DNA of 64,000 nucleotides. Origin: Octopus sinensis (lineage: Eukaryota). The position numbers and the translations under genes are program-made. This document shows, one piece after another, positions 39,346 through 54,011 of this stretch. The stretch is from the NCBI RefSeq assembly GCF_006345805.1, contig NC_042998.1, positions 153,636,001-153,700,000 on the forward strand. The letters are read 5' to 3'. The notes beneath the pieces were generated by a model. The model did not search any database. It saw only the letters and a list, made by a program, of their open reading frames with translations, and was not told where the DNA came from. Within the stretch, counting starts at the first letter, position 1; the number at the start of each line of letters is the position of its first letter.

Positions 39346-39569
39346 TTAAGAAGGCTATGAAATAAATATCCATTGCAGCACTAAATGCTATCTGCATCAT
39401 AATTCCAACTTGTAATTACAGCATTGAATATCCAATTATGTCACTTTTAAACTGATAATGCACTTTTTACATTCTTATACAAGAACTTCATTATAATTAT
39501 TCCATGCAGTCATGGGTCAAAAGAGTCACTTTTTTGGGTCAGGGACCACATCTCATATGTTCCATTCTA

Positions 39570-40165
39570 ATAGGGTTTCTATAGCTGGATGCCCTTCCAA
39601 ATACCAACCACTTTACAGAATGTAATGGATGCATTTTACTATAGCACCAGAACATATTAAATGTTGTGGGGAGATAAGGTGATGAAGCAATAGAAATGGG
39701 AGATGGTAGATGAAGAGTGAGATGGCATTGAATAAGGGCAGTTCCAATAACATCTCTCATTAAAAAGGTAGCCTGATGTGAAAATAGAGAGAAAAAGGCT
39801 TAAGGTGGCAGGAATTGAATACAGACAAATCCAGTGTCATCCTTCATTATACAGGTAACACACCACATACCTAAACCAGCACAGTCTTTCTATTGTACAC
39901 CACATTAAATTCATCTAATATTCAGTTGTTCTGTTCCACTATTTATGCACATCATGGAGTATATTCACATAATTTCTTTCTAGCCTTCACAAAGCCACAC
40001 ATTGCTAATATGCTGAATCTTACTTCACACAGGTATCAAACAATCTACAGATAGAAACCTTTTGTTACCAACTCAAGAGAACAGCTTCTTAATCATCTCT
40101 AGTGTTTTTATTTTGTCTTCTATGCTATTAACTACTTCTAGTGATCCTTCCAAGCATTTGAGGAA
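39570..40165 (-). mobile_element. Old RTE remnants (tail motif and LEVVNS/LVTKG segment)
   Basis: GCTGGATGCCCTTCC at ~39583. Reverse complement of 39990-40160 encodes LEGSLEVVNS and VTKGF-like residues. Confidence 0.5.
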
Positions 40166-40238
40166 TTTATTTCGTGTGCTCTTTTTCAGGTCAATAAATT
40201 CTGTTATAACAAGAAAGTTACAGCCTCTACAGGCTTAA

Positions 40239-41315
40239 CTCTTTCGTTACTATATTTCTGACCAAAATACACCCCTTATGTGTTTCAATTAATTTCTAAC
40301 ATAATCATAAATTTAGTCTGGTTTCATTAAACAACTATAACTTTTTTATTTATCAATATATTAAAATGATTTTTGGAAGATAATTTAATGAAATGTTCTC
40401 AACCAATTCTATACTATAATTTTTGTCACAAAGTGACTCTAATTGCAGGTAGATACAGGTAAATTCAACAAAATATAAAATTATTAAAATTTTGTTCAAA
40501 CATCGCTATAGAAAATGGGTTATTAGCTAATATTCAATTGGGTATACAACAAAATTTTACGATAGAATTTGTTATTCTGGGTAACTTTCTGATACCCATA
40601 ATAATATTTATGGCAAAATAGTCTTAATTTCATTTAAGGTTATGGGAAACCACTAACTATTCTTTCTTTCGTTTTGTTTACATTTAGCATAACGGTTCGT
40701 TTCCATCGTAATGATTTCAATTAGGCTCATTCGAAAAAGTAAAAAGAAATAGTCTAAGGCTTTACTCTTCTGGGAAAGTCTGTGGCTTGGTCCAGTTTCT
40801 TCAGAAAAATCACCGAAAGAAACAGTTTTAAATTTTCACTCCATTCAGGTGCCAATTCATTTTCTTTATCGCTGTTGGAGCTCTCGGATTCACTGTTTTC
40901 ACTTTCGGAAAATGAAACATCAGATTCATTATCAAATACCACATGCTTTTTTTTTTTTCAGTCATAGAGTTAGATTTATGAAGGTCTTCAGTAGAAAATC
41001 CTTCGAATTCTGACTCGCTGCTTAATATAATGAAATTCGTATCCATTTTTTGTCAGAATTACAAATTTTGAAAACACAATAGGAACAAATTTCGGAAAAA
41101 AATCTCCCAAAATTCACGGAATTAAAATTACACTTCGATTTTTGTACAAAACTGTAGTTGAACTCTTTACGAAGTATAATACGTATTTTCACGAATGTAC
41201 TAAAGAGATTTGCTCTGATATTCTCATTTAAATATGAATAGGTAAATTCAGGCGGCTTTGGGCGGGTTGGTCACATTAACCAAAATTTTTTTCGGGCGGT
41301 TTGGTAACGAAAGGG
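40239..41315 (-). mobile_element. Internally deleted piggyBac element
   Basis: TTAA TSDs at 40235-40238 and 41316-41319. TIR C(T/C)CTTTCGTTAC. Acidic N-terminus (ORF 40754..40942), then in another frame GPSHRLSQKSKALDYFFLLF...ITMETNRYAK, a piggyBac transposase N-terminal motif. Confidence 0.9.
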
Positions 41316-41999
41316 TTAAACAGCTAAGTGAATAAGTATTGATGTGAGTTCAAACCACTACAGGCATGTCATCGTCTGTGTAAAAAGCATTTAATTCTAC
41401 AAGCCCAATTTACAAATGACTTCAGTAGATTCAGCTGTGTGATTTAACACAAAAGTATCTAAAGTCAAGCATATTTTTATGGGCAGAGATTTTTATCCTT
41501 TGTATACTTAGATAAAATATTTAGCTATATTGGATTCAACATGGTATCAGGATGAATAAATTCAATTTTGAATCAGAAGTCCTAATTACCATAAAAGTAT
41601 AAAGCAAAAAAATTTTCCAAAAGATAAATGAAAAAGCGAGTGTATTTTATCAATCATGTTAGAAGCTAAAGGCTAATTGCCCTTGCTTAAAGAAACTTGT
41701 TATCGTTCTCATCCACACATTTATTAATTAGCCTCAGGGACATTTATTAATTTGTCAGTCAGGTTGCTGTTGCTTTAAAATTACAGTAAGAAATTGATGG
41801 GAGAAATGATAAAATAAAGTATTAGTGTAAGCAATAAATTACACCAAATCTGAAGTAATTAATTTGTTGCTGAAGTAATTAATTTCTCACAAATCTCTAT
41901 CCTATTTTTCAAAACCTATTGCAGGTGAAGAACTGCAAGATAGTTTTTAATCAACATAATGTTTTTCTTCACACCATGCTGATAAAACAATATATACAT

Positions 42000-42155
42000 G
42001 TATGATAGGCTTCCACATGATTTCCTTTCACCAGATTCCATTCAGGAGTCACTGGTCAAGCTAAAGCTTACAGCAGAAGACAGTCAAGGTGCTTAAGTGG
42101 AAGTGAACATGGAACCTTATAGTTGCAAAGTAAACATCTTAAGCAGATGACCATG
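42000..42155 (-). mobile_element. Decayed tRNA-derived SINE 5' part
   Basis: Similar in reverse complement to the SINE head at 56790-56965. Confidence 0.5.
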
Positions 42156-43219
42156 CAGGTATTTACAAATATATTTAATGTTCATTTAAACTGAATGTCT
42201 AAAAAAGAATGAAAGAAGAAACTCAAAACATTTGCAATTCAAATTAAAACATAGCAAGAATTACTTTTTTATTACTTTATTTATACATATTTTTATTTAA
42301 TTTTAGCAAATCATTTTTTAAATCTTAACTCCATTTTTCATATATTCCTGACAGATTTAAATAAAATCAGTTCTCTGAGATAGAAGTAAAGAACTAGTGT
42401 GAACTTACCACTAAGCCAGATATCCCACGAGAAAGGGCATGGAATGAGGGAAGAACGCCACCCCCCTCCCGAAATTTCTGGTATTATTAACGAACTGGAT
42501 ATTTTCATTCTAAGCTGAAACCTGAAAACAGTAAACCAATCCACACTAGTATGAAGGTTGGGGGAATGGGTTAAATTACATTTCTTAATTTTTACAATTA
42601 TCAAAAGCAAATAATTAGGAGTTTGTAAGCAAGCTGAAGAAATTTTATACCCCTCCTTTTTGGGAAGTTATTTCAATTTCATTCTCTTGGTTATTATTTT
42701 TTTCTTTTGCCTTTTCCATTTTGATTCATTATGTTTTTTAGTGTCCCCCGCCAAAAAAAAACCAAAAGCCACCAAAAGAAATGTAGTCTTCTTTCAAAAT
42801 ATTTATCAAAAACCAAAAGCTCAGACAGCATAATCCAACAATGCAAATCTACATTTCACATGCCTTATAAGCTTGTCATTTGTATTGCAAAGAAGACAAA
42901 AAAAAAAAAAAAAAGAGAGAGGGGTAACTGAATTACTTTAAGCTATGGTGGAAAGGAGTGGTATATGTTTGATCATCAAAAACTATATATAGCACACCCC
43001 CCCCCCAAAAAAAAACTAAAGAATTCTAAGCTGGGAAGATAAGTTGAAGCATACAGATAAGCTTATGAAAAGGTGACACATTGAAGAAAATTGCCTTAAT
43101 TATCAATTAATATTTCATACACATTTATCTATAGTTTTAGAGATAATGAGTTAGAAGGTAGGGAAAACAATTTCTCAGCATATTTCAAAAAGGAGAGACA
43201 AAAAACAAAACGAAAAAGG

Positions 43220-43256
<37 letters not shown>

Positions 43257-44010
43257 GAAAAAGAAATGAAAGATATATGCATCAAAGAATAGGATCAAAT
43301 GCCAATAATGTAAAAGGAAATTCTCTTCAAATGAATATACAAAATTATATTTTAAATGGGATGTTTTTATTTCTGAAAATTCATCTATGTGAATTTTTTT
43401 ATTTTTTTATTTCTTTCTATTGATTTTCTGTAAACATACACAGTGAGGAAATGAAATTTATCCAAACAAAACAACCAGAGCACAAAGTTGATAAAGAATT
43501 GAACAGTTGGTAATTATTGGGTGAAGAATTGAAGTAATCTTAATACACTATTCTGAGTGCAAGTTTACTTTTAAATAAAAAAAAACAAAACTAAGTTTCA
43601 ACTATCTTAATTTTTATTTAATAACATAAAAACAAGGAACTGGTACTTCCTTTAGTTTTGAATCAGAAAAATTGCCAAGATCTCATGTTTGTAAATATTA
43701 TCCAATGGACAAAAATCACCAGAATTTAAGGTAGCAATTTAATCTTGGCAAAGTATATCTAGATATATATATATAAAAAAGCTCAATATCTGAATAGTTG
43801 AATAAAAAGTTAATACTTTAAGCTGCTGCTTTTAAAAATAAAGTTGCATACCTAGCTTAGTGTATTTCACACAAGTGGAAAACATATTACATTAGAATTT
43901 AATAATACCAAGGAGAACATGAAATGTTCTTTCAACAAAGAGCATTTCTGGAAACAGACAATGGCATTGTTAAACTTAAAAATCCACACATTTTATATGT
44001 ATGTATTTGT

Positions 44011-44041
<31 letters not shown>

Positions 44042-44672
44042 ACAAGAATGTTTTCCTTTCTTCAGCAACCACATTTGCATAGATACCGCCATCATTGAAC
44101 ACTGAATATACTCAAATGATTTAATTTCTGAAGTGTTCAATCAATCTTAATTGACTTTATTTACTTTTTAAATTTTGTATTTCCATTATATGTAAGCTAC
44201 TACACTGAGGAAATAATCTTGAACAAAATCTTTAGAAACTTCATAAAATATATAACATTTTTGCAGTATAGATATTTATAACATGAGTTTGAAAAGTGAT
44301 GAGATCTTTCTAAAAAATCACATTACAATCCAGGTATGCAATCCTCCTAAGAGAACTATACTACAGTTCAACTGTAATCTTCTCAAGAAAATCACATTAC
44401 AGTTTAGCTTTGCAGCTCTCTTAAGGAGATATTTCTGTAATTATCTAGTCTTGTAAGTTGATAGTATTACAGTTCAATTGTGTAACCCACCCAAGAAAAT
44501 AATACTAGAACCCAACCACGTGCCTGGCCCTGAAGTTAACACTAACCCAGCTATGTAGCCCTTCTGTAAAGCTCACAAATACAATTGAACCATGCAGCCT
44601 AAATAGATAATTATATAAATCAGCAATAAAATAATAAAAACAGCATTGTACATTAATAAAAGTGTATATATA

Positions 44673-44706
<34 letters not shown>

Positions 44707-46861
44707 CATACACACACACACATTCTTACAATTGTTACTATCTCCCAAATATCTTTCTTTTTTGTTTTATCATCTCAGAAGATTTTGAGTCATGTTTTTG
44801 TAAATTTAGCAAACACAATGAACAAAAGCAACTCAAAAATAATAGAAAGTTGTAAAGAGAGGATCTGCATAACAGAATCTTTTTTTTAGAAAACCTACAC
44901 TGAGAAATAGAAATTGCAAAAATCTATTAATGAGAGGGAGAGCAAAGTATTACACACATATGCATCCTGACACTTACATTTCAATAGTACAACTATTTTT
45001 TTAAAGTAATCTTTTACAGAATTGTAAAATATAATTGTAGTGTCAAACTAATTGCACATATAATTGTAGTGTCAAACTAATATCAAACAAATAATTATAG
45101 CTGAACATGAACTAAGGAAGTTGGTCCTTTGGGTATGTGTGTGTGTGTGTGTGCATGTGTGTGTTGGAAGAGACATACTTAGAAATAATGAAAGTATACA
45201 AAGTAACAAAAAAAAAAAAGTTGGAAACACAATCAGAAAGACATAGTATAGAAAATAGAAAAATAGATGGGTAAATAATGCTGGCTTTCTTTTCCAGCTA
45301 ATTTAACATATCAGTGTGTTCATTCAAATAAGAAGGAAGAGGAGGAAACACTCAGGTTTCCTTTTACCTTTTGTTTCACTCAAAGATCTGTAAAAATGAA
45401 ATATTTTTCATGATTGTTTTATTTTTATACCTTTGTTTATCACAGATTTTCACTGAAACCAGACTACAACTGAGAGTTGCACATAAAAGACAACCAGAGC
45501 TGTTAATTTCTATGGATAAATCCATTAAGTACAACAGGCTTAGATGATGTTAATGAAATAATTCCATGTTGTTCAGAACAAAGTGAAATCATGCATTCAT
45601 ATATGTGTGAGTGTATATATAACACATTCACATGTATACATATATGCTTGTGTGTGTAATTTTAGAGTAATAAATGTGAAATGCTTCAATGACATTATAA
45701 GAGACAGGAGATAGTGGCTAAGAATAAGACAGATTTTTTTCCCTTTTTCCCATGCATGCTTAGATCATGTGAGCAACACACCAAGAGGTCACTGTGGAAG
45801 AGCACTTACAAAGTGAGAGTTTCAATGAAATTTTGTAGTTACAAGAATGTCAGAAATATTGCAGTTGGTATACTGAAGGCAGTTTGATTAAGGACCATTT
45901 AGGGTGTAAATATTTTATAAAACAATTCATAAAGTACATATGTATATACTAGATCTTGGAGTAGGGGGTAATTATAACTGATGAAAATTAAATTAGAAGT
46001 ATATAGGAATTATTTGAAATAAAAAGTTAATTGCTAAAAATTTCAAAATTTACAAGATCAGGATTAACTTAGCATATATAATTTGAGAAGACAGTTTTAA
46101 AATATTTTGGAGTTAAAATGTAAAATTATTTTATCATATATAGATGTGGGTAACTAAAAGATTTGTTACTGTTTTTCCTGAAATTATTCTCTTTTTAAGC
46201 ATCACCCTTACTTCCTTTTTTACAGTATTATGTATATGATTTTCTGAAATATATTAATATATTTGTTTATTTTTTTAAATATTAAATGTGACTGGGACTA
46301 GAGAAAAAATCTTAAGAAATTAAAACAATTCCAAACAGCATAAATTTTAGTTGCACTATTCACCACTGATCAATGCAGCCACTGATTCAAAACTAGTCAA
46401 CAGACAACAAGGATAGTTGTCTGTGCAACCATTAACAAATTTGCAGGATTTTAAACTTTTTTTACATCAACTGTTTAGGTATTTAAAACAAAAGAAGAAA
46501 AAGAAACTCTGCAGTTATTGTCTCATGTCATACAAAGTACATGCTAAAAACAATGCTTCCTGCAATGCACTTAAGTATAATCTTATTACTAAAGAGCTAA
46601 TTAACTTTAGCTGTCCCCACTATTTTGCCATTCAGCAGGTAATGATTCTTTCTTTTTGTTTATTTTTATGAATTGTAAGATATTTTTGTTTGATGCTTAT
46701 TTCAATGCTCTTATGAAATGGATGATTTAGTTGCACTGATGGAATCTAACCGGTTCATCATCTGATATCTAATGGTAAGACAGCTGAAATGTATTGCTGC
46801 ATTCCATGTGAGAGCAAAATACTGTCCCATTGATCAACTTACAACTGAACCATAGTGACTA

Positions 46862-47016
46862 TTAAAGTCCATACAATGTACACTGAATATAAGAGCTAGG
46901 GACAAATCCATCTGAGCCATTTTTCTTGCGAACACGAGTCCAGCCATCACCTTGATCTTGTTCAAGAACAAACATCTGTTCATTTTCTTCCATTGATATT
47001 GAGCCTTCATTCATTG
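46862..47016 (-). CDS. FNBP1L: Terminal coding exon of an F-BAR protein of the FNBP1L/CIP4/Toca-1 family (SH3 domain C-terminal part)
   Basis: Acceptor tttatctttccag, then (A)MNEGSISMEENEQMFVLEQDQGDGWTRVRKKNGSDGFVPSSYIQCTLYGL*. Matches the CIP4-family SH3 pattern EG.ISM.E.E...V.E.D.GDGWTR.R....EG.VP.SY. Confidence 0.9.
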
Positions 47017-47218
47017 CTGGAAAGATAAAAAACATTCTTGCAAGGCATAAATCAAAATGAAGCCATCTTAATTGAGTTAAAAGTAATTAGAGCAATTTTT
47101 AAGCTAATATTTCCTGATTTCTTCTATTTATTTTACACACATTTGCATAAATTGATATTTCCAATTCTTTTATCACTAATAAAACTGTTGTTGAAAGAAA
47201 TCTAAGTATATTGATTAC

Positions 47219-47358
47219 CTTCAAACTGGTAAAGAGCACGACAAGATCCAATGACCGGAAACTCATCAAATTCCTCTTCAGTTGATTCTTGGTCAGCATA
47301 ATCAATTTCTCCCCCTCCATCAACTTCCTCACCACCATCTTCTCCACCAGCTATAGGT
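47219..47358 (-). CDS. FNBP1L: Penultimate coding exon (acidic linker and SH3 start)
   Basis: ttttcag acceptor and G|gtaatc donor. Encodes PIAGGEDGGEEVDGGGEIDYADQESTEEEFDEFPVIGSCRALYQFE. Its phase-1 end fits the next exon. Confidence 0.9.
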
Positions 47359-49214
47359 CTGAAAAATAAGATAAAAATTTGTGCTATATTAATTACTTCA
47401 GCAACAACAGGAGTTGCTTAATTTTGTTTCAAACTTGATATAATTTATGTCTTACACTAGAATTTTATTTTATCATTTCTCCCATCAAGTTCTTATTGTA
47501 ATTAGATAACAACAGAATATTGGCTGTGACTAAATAATTAATAAATGTACAGATGAGGAAAATAATAAATGTAGCTAAATTAAGTGGCACTGATATTTAG
47601 AAGAACTCACAGAAATATAAAATTAACATTCATGAACTTGAACATGGTATATAATTAACGAGTTTAGTTTAATGAAATAAAGGGACCACATAGAAAAGGA
47701 ATAAGTTTAGGTTAACTATTTTTAACTAATGACAAGTAAATATGTGTATATACAAGAAACCTGAGCTCATTTTATTTAAATTTTCAATTAACTGTAAGAA
47801 ATACAAATACTTTCATGATAAACAAAAGTTTAGACAAACAATTTTAACTTTGATAAACATTACATCATTTAGCTGAATATTGTCAAATAATTTGGCCTAT
47901 GACACTGATTGTCCCAAACAACAAAAACAAAAATAAAAAGTATTGCATTTTACAGTCTTCTATAGGATGATGCTTTCCTAAAGATATTGAACACTAGACT
48001 ATTTATCTCAGACTGCTTATAATTAGTACCATTGCCATTACTTTAAAACAAAACTAACATCTTACAATTAATTTTACATCTGCTTCATCAATTTTTAATG
48101 CTGAAATTCATTATAAATAAAAGTCTGCCTCCATAGCATCATCAGCCTTACCTATCAGTGTACACTGTAGCTAAACATTGCATAATATTCCCTGATGAAA
48201 TGTGACTCACTTGTTGGCTGGTCTTACCTATCAGTCACACATACTATCAGTAGTCATAACTTAATTTATCTGAGCTGAGTTTTAGATTTTGTTTTAGTAT
48301 GCAACACTAAATTTGTTAGCCTAGGTGTTTCATGTACTATTAATGCTAGCCTTTTCTAAATTAGGATTTCTACAATATTTCCCTATCCTACATTTCTTAT
48401 TGTCATCAAGTTTAATCAAAATTTTCTTTATACTATATTTTAATGTGTTATGAAAACAACTCTCTACAGAAGAAGTTAATTTGAACCATATAAAACAAAT
48501 GATTAAGATGAAATATAATGTAATGATCAACTGTTACTGAGCCAACCATTTTTGATAGAGTGAGGAAGAATGATACCTTAGTACATATTAAAGCTGATAT
48601 GCACAATATATTAAAAAAAAAAAAGACCATTTATGGCATTTCTGATATACTGTTATTTCAATGAAACAAAAAATTCATGCAAAACCCAAAATTTAAAACA
48701 AAGTGGCATCTCAAATAATAAAAATCAAAAATACATGTCATAAATATCTACTGCTGTCTCCTCTCTTCCACAACTACAGAAGTAGCAATACAGTGTTAAA
48801 CTAAACATAATTTAAAGGGTAGTAATTAGAAGAGCAAAATACACTAAAACACAACACAACACTAGGTACAAAGCAAGTTCAAGCATATAGGACTAAAGTT
48901 AAGCAAAAATACACAGTTGATTAGCCATTCACTTACAGCCAAGTAAAAGTGCAACACTTAGATAAGAAACTTATTAGAAACAAAACAGAAGAGAGAGAGG
49001 GGAGAAATTATGACAAATAAGAGATACCAGAGTTTAATAAGAAACACACACATAAAAAAACCCAAACTTGTATGTAATTTGTGAATCAGTAATTAAATGC
49101 ACATATTATTCTAGTTGCACATGAAGAAAACCATTTTTATCATAAGAATCCATTAAAACGATTTCTAGCTTAAGCATGCATGGTGGGGTTACATACATTT
49201 GGGGAGAAGGGGAT

Positions 49215-49420
49215 GGATATGAATCCCTTGTATTTGGCTAGCAGTTCATTTTAGAAGGATAAAAGGAAAAGTGGATCCTGGGATTTGAACTCAGAAATTA
49301 AGAGATATATAACTTTCATTTGAAAGTCTACCAATTCTACCATCAATAATAGTAATTTTGTATTTTGGCACAGGAGCATTGAAAGGCAAGACTGACTGTG
49401 GCAAGATTTGAACTTATAGT
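49215..49420 (-). mobile_element. Decayed SINE fragments
   Basis: GGATAAAAGGAAAAGTGGATCCTGGGATTTGAACTCAGAA is the reverse complement of the motif at ~61925-61985. Confidence 0.45.
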
Positions 49421-50999
49421 ACATTATCTGTTACTTCACTATAATAATAAGCAGGAAAAACAAGAAGTCATATAAATGTTGCCAATTTTCGTTTGTAAGA
49501 GATACCACTACATTTCTTTTTCACACATAACTACACTTCAAATATTGTTTTTGGAACTGAAAAACAGGAGCAAAATTTAGCTTCATTTTGAAAAGAACTT
49601 CCTATTTACAGCATGAGTTGTTTTTTTTTGTGTGTGTATGGTTTATTTCTTCCTTTGATTTTTGAGCATCATGGCAGTGGTAAGAAACTCTCAGGAGAGT
49701 TGAACAGCAGATCTTCAGAGAAGAAACTCTTATCAGGTAAGTGTTTTGGCCCTTCTTACACTCTAAGGGAGTCAGGCTGCATCCAGGTCATGACTTCTGC
49801 TGACACTTTTTTTAGTCACTTGGATATTGAAGACATGTTGTGCATTCAAACCATACACAGAATATGTTGACAAGATCTAACTGGAAATCCTCTTCATTGT
49901 CTCTACTTCCTTAAGTTTAGAAATACCACCGATAGTCATGGTAGTGGTGAAATGTCAACAATATCAATGCTGCCACCAACACTACCACTATAGCTCACTC
50001 AGAGTTACTTCCTTTAGCCTGTTAAAATGCACACATATTACCCTCAAACAATATGGAGGTTGTTTTTATTCCTCCTTGATCAGAACCAGTGGGAAAACCT
50101 TTCCACTGCTTCTGATATTGTCTTTGGTCCTTTTCCTTCCAGAGATTGAGAATTATTTCATGAGACTGTAAGTAGATTTGACCACAAAGCATCTGGCTCC
50201 AACCTTGACCCAGAAGTTGGCTCCCCTCAGATGGCATGGTGAGTTGAAGTAAAACAGCTATTTTGATGAAATGGAAAGGAGTATGATATCTGGCCTCAAT
50301 TCATTTCTTCCTGATGATTTATGGTTGTTTTGATGACTCCGGGAGGTCTGCTGTGTACTTTCAGTCATCAGCACCACCCATTAGAAAATGGTAAAGGTTA
50401 AAAGAAAATTTACTTATTGACCTGATCTAAATGTAAGGTCTTTGTATACTGGTGGGTTTGTAAGATGAGCATAATTATAGTAATAAGAGTAAATAACACT
50501 AATTTGTTAATGATGTGGCCCTCACAAAACCTTTTGAATGGAGATAGTGAAGGCATAATTGGAGTTGTGCAGCTTTCAAGTTAGAGACCAACTGGAGCAC
50601 AAATCCAGCTGAGACAAAACAAAAACTGATGCTCAGGAATTGATGTCTTGTAAATGTGAAAACATCTATGTGTAATCAACTTACTTGTATTCAACCTATT
50701 TGGGCAGGTGAAAATGACATAACTGAACAAGAACAAGTAAAAGCACCTAATTTACACCAACAATCATTATGTTGTATCACCAAGTTTTACCTCTATTCAT
50801 GCAATAGTTACATTTTTATGACTTTTTTTTACACTAGACAAACTACATTTCATCAAAATTTTTAGTTTCTAACAGGACTAGGAGATTTATATTGAGAAAG
50901 TACTAAGTGTTAAAGATTCATAAGTGATATTAAATATAATCCTAACAGTGTGCAGCTATTTCTTCATACTTATGATAAACTAATTTTTTTCTGGTTGGC

Positions 51000-51570
51000 C
51001 AGGAAGAAGGAACTGTGGCCATGATACTCATAAACTCAATGAAATTTTTGAGATTGATAGAGTTAATTTTAAGTTTAAACATCTGCAGGAAAAATGTGAG
51101 TGGGAAAGAAGTTCCAGAGGCTTGAGGTTCTGTGAAAGAAGAATAGGCATACTAGTTAATGTGATGAGAGCTGCTGGATGGAGTTAGGTAGCTGTTGTAG
51201 TAGCGATAAAAGAAAGAAAAGAGATAATGCAGCTGTCAAATAGAAGTTTTTGTGAATCACTCAAGGGGCATTGTAAGGGTTAGTACTGAAGGAGTTAGTG
51301 TATGTATACATGGTGACAAGACTTGTGGAGTAGAGATGGAAAGTTTTGGAGGTGTCTTATCAAGTGAATGTATTGTGGACTTGGAAGTAAATGTGATAGT
51401 TTTCTCTAAAGGAGAGTAACTGACAGAATCATGTTGATTGGAGTGGTGGGAAGGAGGATTCCATAAAGTAGGTAAATACCCTTTTGGAATGATTAGCTGG
51501 TATTTGTGAAGTAAATGAGATTGTAGGCTGTAAGCTAAACTAATGAAGTAAACAATATAACTAGAGAGCA
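51000..51570 (-). mobile_element. Old CR1/L2-like LINE 3' remnant (intronic)
   Basis: Reverse complement gives residues like AALSLFFLLSLLQQ / LQMFKLKINSINL, resembling the C-terminus of CR1/L2-group ORF2. Heavily decayed. Confidence 0.45.
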
Positions 51571-52369
51571 TACTGATACCATATACTTAATCAAGAAAAT
51601 AATCTAGTCACAGTAAAATTTTAACTTTTTCCACAAGAACCCTTCAAATCTCAGTCAGAACATTAAATTGTGTTTCCCCTATAGTTATATTATTTAATGA
51701 GGAGAATCCTATCCCAGAACATTTCAGGATTTCCAGGACAAGATGAGCATTGGGGCAATCAGGAATGATTAGTACAGTTAGTGTTGTATAGTTAGAACTT
51801 TCAAACGTTGGTTAAAAGAAATGTCCAGATTTTTCCTGTTTTAGCATAAAATGGAATAAAGAGAGGGAAGGAAACCACAAATATAAAATATACAGTCATA
51901 TAGTTTTATGCAAATATATATACTTATACTCATATAAAAATAAGTAGCTGTGGCAACAGAAATATCAACGATAGTTTTTATAGATGTTATGCCAAGTAGC
52001 TACTAAAATCAGACATGATACATGCAAGCATTAGGAAGAATGATGAATGAAGAGAAATAATTCCATGATGAAAAATAATTGTAAGATAAAAACCACAACA
52101 TGCACTTGAAAATATGTGAACTAGAGATGAAATATAATCAAAATCGTTTCTAATTATGAAAACACAAAACATAGAAACAATGTAGTTTTAAGCAAAGTAC
52201 TGGATGACTGTCCAGTATCATCAAGAATATGCATTAGGCAAAATGTAACCACAGCACACATAATTTTTATATGGAAATATAAATATGTATAAGCAAACAT
52301 GCATATATATCTGTAGGCGTGATATACATATACACAATCATACATGAGTGCATATATAAACATAATTGT

Positions 52370-52730
52370 TAGGTAAAGAAGTTCACCACACAGCCATGTG
52401 GTTTTCTATTCAGTCACATTGAATAGCACCTAATACCACTCATCTGGTTACTGTCTTTTACGAGAGATGAGTGGAATGGAAACTGTGCAGAAGCCCAATA
52501 TGTGTGTGTGTATGTGCGCACATGAATCTGTGTCTGTGCTTCTATGCCAGCATATACAGATGTTTCAAGTTACATATTTTTTTTATCAAAATGATATCTT
52601 AGCCATTCAGCAAATAAGGATTGATAATGTAAGTACCAAACTGAAATAAGAACTGGAGTTGATCTACTCCATTAAAACTTTTAAAGGCCATGCCCTACCA
52701 TAGTTATAGCAGAATGACAGATAAGAGTAT
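52370..52730 (+). mobile_element. Decayed SINE
   Basis: Head (TAAAGAAGTTC...ATTCAGTC), GGAAACTGTGCAGAAGCCC, (GT)n, and a tail ending AATGACAGATAAGAGTATA. Confidence 0.5.
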
Positions 52731-54011
52731 ATAATATAATCTATATATAATGTATACAAATGTGAATTGTCTGTAAGTATGTTTGCCTTGTATTTAATGA
52801 CTACAAAATTAACATCCATAAATCCATTTATTATTTATTCACCATCTTACAGGGAAGTTTGTATAACTTTTATCTTGAAAAATAGCAACTGAATCTCTCA
52901 AGAAGAGGATGAAGACAAAAAGTTAAAATACAGTAGTATTAGCAGAAATGCAAAAAATTGGATAAAAGTCGTAATATCAGAAAAAGATTTGAAAATTTGT
53001 TACACAACATAAAAATTTTTTTTTCTTCTTTCAGTTTGTCACAACTCTTTTTTCCTCTTTCTCTTTGTCTTTTTCAAGTGGAACAGAGAGAGGCAGAGAA
53101 TGTGGGATACACATGAAGAAAGAGGCACATATAGTGAAGAGGTGATGATATAGCTGAGTCATTGACATGAACAGTTCATAGTGAAATTCTTGAGAGACCC
53201 TCCCAATGAAACTCTACTATCATGAATAATGTTAAACATATTAGACACTGCAACATAGTAATCTCTGATATCAGACAAAAAAAAAAAGTCATGACTTGAA
53301 GATTTTTAACCATAGATTTGCTTTATCAGGACTTAGGTTAAACACAACATCAATACAATAATAAAGCTGTAAAGACTGGTAAAAGGAAAAGAATCTAAAT
53401 ACTCAAGCAACCTAAATCAGAAACTCTACTTCCAAATACAGAATCCCTTAAATATGCAAATAGCAACAATGACTGATGTATACATTATTGCCTTATGCAT
53501 GCATATATTTGTATTAACAAATGTGAAACACATCTATACCTGATAAAACAACATGCAATTTGTCCTCAAAACATTATTCGACTATCTTATCTAACAAAGG
53601 AGACTTAACACGGTACTGCAAAATATCAGAAACAGTAGCCAGAATTTCCCACAAACCACATCATATTGTCTCATATAAGCTTACATACCAGCAAGAAAAC
53701 CTTAATGCTAGACATATCAGTTACTGCAGTTAATTCTCCCTCCAATCATATACTTCTGTCCTGTGTTACTTTGAAACAACCCCCAGGAATTACCAAGTAC
53801 CTTTGATAGTATGTTATACATATTCTTTTACTGGTTTCAGTAAAAGAAAAGTGATGCCAAGCTAGGGCATCATTTTTAATAGCTAAGTTACTATTTTACA
53901 TCAGCAAACACCAAGCAGGTTTGGTACACAAAAAACACCAGTTTTTGTGAACCAAATTTTACTTGTCGAAGAAAACTTCTGTGTTTGTATCAATATACAC
54001 ATTTACCTTAC

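Noticed and set aside
41925-41950. Plus-strand terminal exon candidate (EELQDSF*)
   Set aside because: Acceptor-like signal only; no upstream partner exons or homology were recognised.
48152-48164. Micro-exon candidate encoding YTD, similar to vertebrate FNBP1L GSYTD
   Set aside because: All plausible acceptors give a phase-1 start, incompatible with the phase-2 end of the upstream exons.
49940-50240. Possible Gypsy integrase remnant (QWKG, HFNRLK on the minus strand)
   Set aside because: Only two short motifs in different frames; too weak to call.
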